DNA of 64,000 nucleotides from Dimargaris cristalligena (Eukaryota): NCBI GenBank assembly GCA_003614675.1, contig ML002222.1, positions 1 to 64,000 of the forward strand, read 5' to 3'. Shown piece by piece: positions 49,434 to 59,565 of this stretch (position 1 is its first letter; each line of letters starts with the position of its first letter). The notes under the pieces were generated by a model. It saw only the letters and a program-made list of their open reading frames with translations, ran no database searches and was not told where the DNA came from. The position numbers and the translations under genes were made by a program.

Positions 49434-50397
49434 ATATTGAAGGATAGTTTATCACCAAATAATAAATTAGTGTGACCCCGGTCCAACTTGAAGTCTTGAC
49501 CAGTTCATGTATAATGCTGCGTGTTTTGCGATACGGTTGAATCCATATATCCGCCACGGTCCCGTATTTGACTGAAACAGTGGACATGGGGTGCTCATTA
49601 AACAGCTGGATTGTATTCAGGCCAGTGGAATACTGCAATGTACTAGGGCACACCGGGCTGAATATTTCAGTTGAGAATCGGATTTTATAAAACCATATTT
49701 TATGTATCTTCTCACCCATATATAATTGGGTCGAATATCGCCCATGTTCAATAGATTTGTGTATGCATATAGATATGCAAGCGAGGGTATTGCAAAATCA
49801 ACTTGCTGGTAATTACGGGCATGCATCTATAAACGACTCTCCGATACCCTCGTGTTCGACCCAGCGTGGTGCTTGCATTGGCTAGGCCGGCCATCCATGA
49901 ATATATAGCTGGATGATCAATGTCCGTTTATATTTTTTAAAGACAAAAAACGGGTTAACCAACCCAGCGGCGAGGTCGCTGATCTAAGGGGGCAAGAAGG
50001 TGCAGTGTACGGTTTTTCGTGGTTGGCGACTACCGCAGTTATACTCCCGCCTGCACTGCCCAATTAATGAAAAGGGCGAATTCACGGCCTATTCTATGAA
50101 GTCGACATCCCTTTAGCCAACCTATTTGGCTGTAACAAGGGTCGCTGGATAGCATGGTGTGTGGGGGGTTTGTACTGCGAGGGTCGTACGAGACAGGCCC
50201 AGCCACGCTGTAGAGCAAATTCTCGGGTCGATCAGATGGGGATTACTGTTTGGAAATAGATTTCCCGAATATGTTACTATTGAAGTGCGCCTCTTAATAG
50301 AGCTATACAGCCGTATTGAATACCACCCACAAGTAACCTGGCCATATGGTTTCAACCTTCTGCACCCAGATTCATCTACCATAGCCTCCCTTTTCCT

Positions 50398-50405
50398 TAT
50401 AAATA
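50398..50405 (+). promoter_or_regulatory. TATA box of secreted peptide gene C
   Basis: TATAAATA in the context TTTTCCTTATAAATAC, near-identical to gene A's TTTTCTTATAAATAC. Confidence 0.6.
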
Positions 50406-50579
50406 CTTCACCTTTTGCCCCCTTCTCTGACCCCAACCATATCCCCTACCTTCCCGCTTTATTCCACCATTCGCTGTAGTTTTACGGCTTTGTGATCCCC
50501 TTATTATATCCGAACTAGCCGAGTAGCCTGCACGACACTTGTCCTCCCCTCTCCTACGCAGTCTGTTGTCCACCCCGCC

Positions 50580-50972
50580 ATGAAGTTTTCGTCCTTCCTC
50601 GTCCTCACCCTCGTCCTGGCCACTCGCGGCACCGGGACCATGGTCCACGCTGGCCCTACCAACGACCCGAACCATGTCCCTGTTACTAACTTGAGCAAAC
50701 CCCCTGCCACCAGCCAGAGCAAACCCCCTGCCACCAACCAAAGCAGGCCCCCTCCGAAGGAAAAATATCGCAGTCCTCGTAGGAACTTAGGCAAGTACGC
50801 GATGGGTGGTTTTTTAGGCATATTTCTCGGCCCCGGTTTGGGCAATATCATCGGTGCTGCTGCTGGTATGGTCGCTACTCCCTTAACTGGCATGGGTTAC
50901 CGAAAGGCCAAACAAGTGCATCTTGATAAGCTCCAGAAAAAAAAAAGGCCAAGGCTAGTGAATAGTTGGTGA
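50580..50972 (+). CDS. Secreted prepropeptide C: signal + Pro-rich repeat pro-region (..SPRR) + glycine zipper + cationic tail
   Basis: MKFSSFLVLTLVLATRGTGTMVHA, SKPPATxQ repeats, RR|NLGKYAMGGFLGIFLGPGLGNIIGAAAGMVATPLTGMGYRKAKQVHLDKLQKKKRPR. Confidence 0.82.
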   Translation: MKFSSFLVLTLVLATRGTGTMVHAGPTNDPNHVPVTNLSKPPATSQSKPPATNQSRPPPKEKYRSPRRNLGKYAMGGFLGIFLGPGLGNIIGAAAGMVATPLTGMGYRKAKQVHLDKLQKKKRPRLVNSW

Positions 50973-51590
50973 AACACAGCTCGGTTTCTTCACTATTCGC
51001 TTGGTCGTCAGTCACTGCCATTTATTCCAAAATAATTTCACCCTCGTCTTCAGTTATTGCCAATGCCTCCGTTTCTCTACTGGCATTCTTTGTAAATATT
51101 GGTTTATTTATGAGCACATGTATCTATCTATCTTTTTATATAATTATATATGTATATAGATACGATAACACCTTGATTTTCACAACTGGCCACTATCTAT
51201 GCTTCCTGCTTCGCGGCACAATACCGGGAGAAGTGGTGTTTAATTTCCTGCTCCAAAGCTCAATAAAGTCTAACTCGGTACGGATAATATAATATACCTA
51301 ACCGCGCTTGAAATAGGTTGGTGGTCACACTGTTAGGTGCATTATTGGACTATTGTATAGAACCCCCAAAAGCTAAATAACTAAACAACATCGGACATTT
51401 AATATAATGTGGATTCTATATACACTACTCTAACAATTGTAGTAGTTAGTCTACCAAATTAGGCAGTCGGCCCATAGTGTCTGAAGGACACGTAGTCACC
51501 GCCTCACCCAAATACTGTAGAGCACAAAGCAGTCTGGAGTTAGAAACACGACCACAATTGCGCATTGGGAGTATCGCGCAGTAACTTGCA

Positions 51591-52659
51591 TTAGCAGGTG
51601 GGGAAGTATGACATGCAGTAGTAGGCCCAGGCCGCACTGCTTGGGGCGGGTGGGTCTACCCAGCCACCTGGCATTTGGGCATCTCTACTATGGCCTGATG
51701 GACTAATGGCATATTTGTCCCATTCTTGTCTATAGATACAGCAAATACAGGTAACCGGATAGTTTCGTGGCGTGAGTGAATGATTAAACGAAGTCCTTGG
51801 CTTTGGATAGTTAGGTCGGTGGTTGGTAATCGACCGCCAGGTAGAATATACGATGAGTGATTGGACACCCTTTCATCAGTATTCGCATGGTGTTAAATAA
51901 GGATCATGTATGTAGGATTTTCGGCATACCTTCGGCGCATGTAAGCTGAGAAATCACAAGGAATATGGTAATACTGTCCGGGAGCGCTACTGGGGTTCGG
52001 TTGGTGATAGGGATATGGCTGAGATCTTGGTGGTGACTGGGGTGGTTGGCGGGATTCAAGCGACGTTGGATTTGTTTTGGGTGGCTCGTCGGTAAATATA
52101 CCCCTATTCTGCTCCGCCAACTGCTCTATAAAGTCGGCATTAATCTCGGGTACCGCCCGCTCTAGATAGGGTAAGGAATTGATGGAGAAGCAGAATTGGT
52201 AAGCTTTAATTTTTATTTTTTATGGGCTGTATTTGGCTGAGTGAGGGGGGTAGTGGAGCAGTGAGGTAATCCGGCAGGTTGGGGCAATTTGTAGTGGGCA
52301 GTTCAAAGGGCAACTTGCCTTTGCATTTGCGCTTCAACAGGCGAACATTGCGTAATTTAGTCAGGAGCTCCACTTTTAAACGGAGCTGCTGGATAAGTTG
52401 TTTATCATTATTCTAATATCGTCAAATGGGGCAGATAGGGTGATCAGAATCAAGTATTTAAAGGTTTGTGAGGACAGAGGTGTCGGGGGAACACTGGTGG
52501 ATAGGGCCATTAGGTCTAGAAGTATACTCCGTGAAGTCGAGCCTGTAAGCCCCCAGCGACGGTTGGACTGGGCAACGGAAAGGCGGACTAACCTACCGGA
52601 ATTTTTATGGTTTTGGGCGGGACTCGCCCTGGCGGGTGGTTCGAAGGCCAACGAGGCAT
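51591..52659 (-). CDS. PDCD7: U11/U12 snRNP 59-kDa protein (PDCD7) homolog, 4 exons, ~175 aa
   Basis: Exons 52659-52597, 52412-52319 (GC donor G|GCAAGT), 52161-51930, 51729-51591 join in frame: ...LKVELLTKLRNVRLLKRKCKERAVPEINADFIEQL...QYYHIPCDFSAYMRRRQEWDKYAISPSGHSRDAQMPGGWVDPPAPSSAAWAYY; matches the recalled PDCD7 C-terminus (QYY...IRxxWDxY...PxGWVxPPxPSxxxWA). Confidence 0.8.
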
Positions 52660-53053
52660 TTGCGAAATAATAATAATAATAATAGTAGTAGTAGTAGTAG
52701 TAAAACGACCGGACCAGAGAGATTGTCGAAAGGGTCGAAGCTGAAAAGGCCGTTGGACCAAGTAGGCTAAGAGTGGAGGAAAGTAAGACCCTTTTTTATT
52801 TTGGTCATGAGGTCAGGCCTATAGAGCCTGCTTGTCTCTTTTAGTCGTGGAATTCCCTGGCGAGCCAGGCTGGACAGGAGTTTAAGCCCCTTCGCTCTCC
52901 CCTGTTAGAGAGGGCTCTACTTAACGCGGCGCGTCAGTCCAGTCTTTCTCCAAACACTCTTTCCATACCCCATTGTACTTTATTTCCCCCATCTTCCTAC
53001 CTGTATTTTATAACCTCGCTTAACTATACATACTACTACTGCTGCCACAGGCC

Positions 53054-53323
53054 ATGCACCAACAACCACAGCAACAGCCCCGGTGGCGGCTACTGACCTG
53101 GGGACTGGCTCTCCTTGCCTGCGTTCAACTTGCGCAGAGTGCTCTCAATCCCATCCCGCATTGGACGGACCCGAACCTGGTCCCGGAGCAGAAGAAGTTC
53201 TTGGAAGCCGCGATCAACCAACGCCGGCTCGAAGTCCTAGACAAGATGGGCTACGCCTGGCCCGACGGCCCCCTACCTGATTTCGACGCTTTGGCCAAGA
53301 GCCGCGCTAAAGATGAGCTGTAG
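53054..53323 (+). CDS. Small ER-lumenal protein (signal peptide + C-terminal KDEL), unknown function
   Basis: GCCATG start, hydrophobic WRLLTWGLALLACVQLAQSA, ends AKDEL*; GC3-rich codons. Confidence 0.75.
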   Translation: MHQQPQQQPRWRLLTWGLALLACVQLAQSALNPIPHWTDPNLVPEQKKFLEAAINQRRLEVLDKMGYAWPDGPLPDFDALAKSRAKDEL

Positions 53324-53901
53324 ACCAGTTACTGTAGCGCGTGGTTGTTTCGGGCCAACTCACTGCACCCCAACTACTATTCTTTGTCAACTGGCCTGGC
53401 AACTGGTTGGTATATATAGGATTGGATAGGTGTGTATTATGCACTCCGCCTGTGTACGTCAATAGCACCTCTCAATAAAATCTGGACTTTTAGGAGCCCA
53501 CAAAATAGAGCGCCCCTTGGGTGACTGCGATTATCATTTGAATGCCCGTTGAGAGGAGTGGCTTACTAAGCTGGGCGCTGGGTAACCCACTGACACCAAG
53601 TCAAGGCGGAGTCGACTAATCTAATGGCCCCATTTTCACATATCCGCGGTGATCGTGATAGGCCGTCGGATAACGGACGACGCTCCCTCCTTTGGCTATA
53701 GTCCACCACACGTTCCCCACACCACCATAGTTAATCTTCCCCTTCCTGCATACTCCCTTTACTTTCCACCCGTGTTATATTATCTCTCTCTCTCCCTCAC
53801 CTCCCTTGAACTCCACCCCAACTTTCCCTTCTCCGAGCTGCTCAACCAGTCCGTTTCACTTTACTTGCCGCTGCTCCTCACCGACTGCATTCCCCCGTCC
53901 A

Positions 53902-56695
53902 ATGACTTCGTTCGGCGCCCCCGACTACCCTTCGGACCTGTCTGACCCTGTGCTCCAGGACCTGGCCACCAAGGCCATTGACTGGGCTCAGTCGCATGGT
54001 CTAGTCATGAAACCCGCCCCCAATGTGACCGCTGCATTGCCTTTGGCCAACTCGCACTACACCGGACTGGCCACCCATGCCCCACTGGCCCTCTTCCCGT
54101 CGCCCATACCCCGGGCCAGCTTCCGTCGCGCGGCGGATATCCAGCCCCACTTGAACTCCCTGTTTCACCGCATCGCCAACGACTACGAGTTTCTGGTGTC
54201 CCATATGGAAGGGTAGGTGTAGTGGGGTTTTTATGGTACAGGGGTATATCCTCGTAACTTGGTGGAGGTGATCGATACTAACCCTCTAACTAAAACCACA
54301 CTATCCCGTGCTACAATACCCTCCTGATCATCCCATATCCGTTAGATTGGTGGGCGTGGACGACTTCACTACCCGCTTATATGCTATTTACCAGCGGGTC
54401 CGGGAACAGCCTTTGAACCAGGTATGTACATGTCACCTCCATACCCCAATTGTTCCAAAGTACATACACCGCCTACGTATTTCTAAGTGAGTAAGATGAG
54501 CATTACTTTAGCCTGGTACCTTAACCATACTGAAATGCTTCCACCCCCGTCTGTACTGTATGGCACCCACCTGGTGCTGGTCGTTCGAATAGCCCATCAC
54601 CCTAGCCTATACTCGCTCCGATTACTTGCTCCACCAGTCGACCGACCCCTCCGATCATACCCTGGCTATTCAGCAGGTGGAATTCAACACTATTTCCGTG
54701 TCGTTTGCTAGTTTGGCCCAGGTTACCAGCAATATCCACCGGTAAGATACCACCATACCCTATCCCTCGACCGGAGAGCCAACTTTTTTTGTATCGGTAT
54801 TCAAGCAATTGCACCTTTACTTTATTGGCCGATAAACTAAAACCCACTCCATTAAATACTTCATTTATTGTGGGACGTTAGCTACCTCTGGTCCTTCCCC
54901 GAATACCGTCGACAGCTCACATTCAGCGACCCCAGCCGGCAATGGGATGAGCTCGACCACCACCTTCCCCCCAATCAATCCCTGCACGGGCTTCCATCGG
55001 CCATCGCCAAGGCCTGGCAGCTCTATGGCAACCCCAAGTAAGTTTAATTGTATTATGATAATGCTGTAAGTGATCCCCAAGCAACCAGCAATATTTTTAC
55101 AATCCCTCCCCTCCAAAAAAAGAAAATAGTACACCAGTTAACCCCCCTTTTTATACATATTACCTCATAATCCGCAGGGCCATTGTGCTAATGGTGGTTC
55201 AGCCCAATGAGCGCAATATCTTCGACCAGCGGTTTGTCGAGTACGAACTCCAATCTAAGCATCAGGTTAAAGTGATTCGGCGGACTCTGAAAGAAGTTGA
55301 TGCGGAGGCTACCCTTCATCCGGAAACTCAGGCCCTGCTCATGTAAGTGGCCCTTTGCGTACCCCGGTACATCATCCGGAAATTAGCGAATCTATTGATA
55401 GACTATAAGGTTCCCCACCTTGAACATGGCACTAACACCTGAATTTTGAGTCCCTGTATGGTATGCCCTGCAATTCATCCATGGCTATCCAGCGGCGGCG
55501 AGGAGATTGCCGTCACCTATTATCGCTCGGCCTATGCTCCCCAGGATTACGGCGGGGAGGAGGTAGGTCCTACATGTGCGACTAAAGCCTGTGTGGTAAT
55601 AGTTGGAGTCGAATTTCAGCGCTATGAACGTAAATATGCTATTGTACTGATATTCACATGTCTATATACCCTATTTTTGATGTGCTGACCAAGGAATGGG
55701 CAGCGCGGATGACCGTCGAATTGTCTAAATCCGTCAAATGCCCCAATATCTCGTACCAACTAGCTGGTACTAAAAAAGTCCAGGAAGTACTTAGCCGTGC
55801 TGGCGTACTGGAACGGTAAGTCTGGCTACAGTAGAATAGCACGGTGGTTAGTCTCGAGTCACTAAGTTCAGTTTAGATGAGTGATTACTATTATACACAC
55901 ACACACACACATATATATATATACAATACTGGTAAACCACTGACTCGGGCTTTCCAGACAGTTGAACCAACACCCCTCTTCCGAACTGCTTTATCAACCC
56001 TAATCAAGGCACTCCATACCCCACTCGCTTCACACAATCCCTACTTACTAGATTCATCTCCGATCCGGACATTTGCTCCCGAATCCGGGAGTGCTTCACG
56101 GGTCTGTACCCCCTGGACTCCACCCCGGCCGGCCGGCAGGCTCTCCAGCAAGCCTTAGCCACGCCTGAACGGTTTGTATTGAAACCCCAGCGGGAGGGCG
56201 GGGGCAACAATGTCTACGGCCATGATATCCCTAGCTTCATTCAGACCCTGTCCCCGAAGGAACTTGGGGGATATATCCTTATGGATCTCATCTGCCCACC
56301 ACCCACGAGTAATATTCTCATCAATCAAGGCCAGCTGCACCACGGACCTGTAATTAGCGAACTTGGTATTTTCGGTGTCTGGTTGAGGTAAGACCACCGG
56401 CTTAGTTAGCGATGACCAATAGCATCAATGATGTGGTGATGGTACCCCCGCAACTACAACAAGACCAGCTAAAAAAGGTGTACCTTGTGCTTCATGAATT
56501 AACCCAGTCTTTATTATCTTATACATTATATCTAATTTGTCCCGGATACTTTGATTGCCCCTCCCCTCTAGTGACGCCAATACGGTCCATTTGAACGCGG
56601 AAGCGGGCCATCTATTACGTACCAAAGTGGCATCATCCAACGAAGGAGGAATTGCGGCCGGTTTTGGGGTTATCGACAGCCCCTTGCTAATTTAA
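53902..56695 (+). CDS. GSH2: Glutathione synthetase (9 exons)
   Basis: Exons 53902-54212, 54346-54421, 54593-54741, 54882-55037, 55178-55342, 55493-55562, 55694-55815, 56052-56387, 56572-56695; [66 protein letters not shown]...[15 protein letters not shown]. Confidence 0.96.
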
Positions 56696-59565
56696 GGCAA
56701 CATTAATTGGTTTAATTCAGACGGGCTCTTTGGGACCGAGGCATTTGGAAGCGTACGGTTCCCCTCATTGTGCCACCCCGGCCACATTTGGTCAACCGGC
56801 CGTTAATGAATTTTAATGGTTGAGTACTTTAGTATTCATTAATTACCGTGTTGCTCTGCTTATTTCGATCCCGACGCTCTACTATCCCAAGATGCATTGG
56901 GGTTTGGTCCATCTCATTCATGTGTACCTATTCGCCGCCAGACAAAAAGATGGGGACTTAACAGGAAATATTCCCACCCTCTTGTTCTGGTTTACCGATT
57001 CTACTTACAAGTCCAGTTGGTTTAGAACCACGGGGCGTTACTAGCTGGGGTATATATATATATATTATTGTTTGGGAGGGGATGAAGATAACGATTCCAC
57101 TATTGCATTTCTATCTGTGGAGATCGTTGGGAATAAGCACTCACCTATTACAATGCAAGTATTCGTACATAAATGATTTCATTACTGGGCTACCATGGCA
57201 TCCAGTGTGTTTTGGATATTGGATGGAACTGCACTACGCTGGCTATTTAACGTATCCCATGGCTGGCTGGGTTAGCCAGTCGACTATTTTTGCCATGAAA
57301 ATCGGAGGTATTCAGCAACCGCGAGCCCTTCCGCTTACGCAATAGAGTAGCACTAATGCCGTGGTGCAACCGGGCCAAAATATCTCTCCCTTCGGGATAC
57401 TGCCTGTATTTTCGCAGGGCCTGTCCATCATGATTTCACGGGCTTTCGGTGGTGAGTGGTGTGCTTCCCTCTTGTTATTCTAACCTCCTCTTCCTCCCCC
57501 GCATTCACACCCACTTGACTACCCCACCCATACTAATTCGGTTCTGCCTACGGCTCTGACTTGAATGACCCAGCAAGAGGATCTGGGTTCTTTCTCCCTA
57601 TAATAGCACCGCTACAGTGGCGTAGCAGCGCAAGCAGATGACCTAACCCAAGGACCAGGCATGGGTGGTGGCGGAGCTACTGAATGCTGTGGTATGGTAG
57701 GTAGACTTGGCTTAATCGGTAGGCGTACCTTGACCTACATTGGCATGTAAATTATAAATGAGAATACCGATATTATTATTATTATCATAATTGTTGTTGT
57801 TATTCTCGGGACCCTCCGGTGGTAATTGAAAAATAGGGAATATTTTAACTCTTACTAATGCTATCCCCAAAATCCGCCCGAATTCCGAATATGGATGAAA
57901 TTGATGGACATAGTGATGGTAAGTAAGAATGTAACGCCTGCATAGCGTCGCACCACGCCTCCATCAGGGATTAGTAGTCAGACAACGGATCAACGAGCTA
58001 ATTTCCGGAAGCCCGTAAGGTAAAAATGGGATTGAGTGGGTCTCGTGCTGTAATCCTAGAAATTGGGGAGGGGGTTGCCATCGGTCCTATCAGCCTTGGT
58101 GAAAGCGGCGAGACAGCTGATACCCAACGTGGGCCAGGGGCAGCCATGCCATTAGTGTGTAATAGGAGGATGAGGAGGAGGACTTTAGTTGGGGAGGGTG
58201 TGCCTGACTATACCATAGGCAATGGAATAAATCAAAGTGGAGGCGAGGGGATATGGGTAATCTGCGTGGCGAGTTCCCCCAGCCAGGGAATGTGAGCCCC
58301 CCCCCTAGGTTTGGCCAGGAGATATAAGCGCCCCGTGCCGCGGAGGTGGCCATGGAGAGGGCGACTACAACATTCTGGAGAGAAAGGAGGGTTGGAAATA
58401 ACAACCACTGTGACCTGTACCAGCAAAGACCGTCTGTCCCACCATAACCATCTTCGGCTAATTAGGCTTGCTTATAATGTACCTTTGGGGCTGGCGGAGC
58501 GGACTTCCCCTTCCTATGGGGCCGCACTATACCTATTTCCGGGGACCCCTTTATAAAAAGGGTGGGTTGAGACGGGTGATGCTATTGATTTACACTGCAG
58601 CTCCCCGCGTCTATTGCGGCCCCTTACTCTGTCTTAAACCGGTGGTTTATTATATACCCAACCCACCACCACACCCCATGGAATAGGCCGGGCCACTGAA
58701 ACGTGTCCATTTGTCCGCGCCCACCTTTGGGCCATTAATTCTATTCTATTAATCTTTGTATTAGCCTTTAGTAGTGGCCTCTTGGTGATGTGATATACCC
58801 TCCCATCCTTTCATATCGGCCACTACAACTAACCGCTCCCTTTCGCGCCCTGCTCTTTTTATTATTATTATTATTCGCCTTGACTCCCTACCATCTATTA
58901 ATATTACATAGTCCATCATTATTATTCCATTTTCATACCCAATTCCTTTATTTTTAGATATCCCTGAGGAGGTTCATTTGACCTGCGCACTGGCTTCACA
59001 GTGGCTGCCCCCTGGTGTTTCTCCATCCCCACTCCTTCAGTTCGGTCACAGGCAGGGTGGTTGATGCCTAGACGGAATATCTGCATTAGATAGTCAAGGG
59101 TGCCGGTGGGCGAGCCCGTTATTCAATCCAGCCATGTCCTGGTTTCTTTTACACTGATTATCTCTTCCTTTTAATATCTACCCCATTATCTTTTAGCCGA
59201 CTATAGCGATAGAGGACATCGTTAGCTCATAACCACCCCCCCCCCCGCTCTGCTCCAAAACCCCGCTCCCATAGATAGTCACCGTTTTGTGTCTTGTTAT
59301 CGTATCGTTCGACTTATTTTAGGTTTAGCTATTTATTCTACCCTCGTTCTATCTCTCTCTATTTTTACCTATTCCTTCCGTGTTCACCTATTCTCCTTCC
59401 TTTCCCGCACTTCACTGGGCTACTCTAGTATTGCTTTTGACGTCAGGACATACCTCGCCTGACCCCCGTCTCCTTTGTCACACACGGTGTCACCTGTGCA
59501 GTTATCGCGGCCATCGAACACCTTAAGCACGCCAGAGGCGAACTCTCCCATCTTGCTACTTGGCT

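Noticed and set aside
57430..57700. Intron-like signals (GTGAGT...CTAAT...CAG) after an ATG
   Set aside because: The spliced product is only ~29 aa and unrecognisable; possibly a lncRNA or chance.
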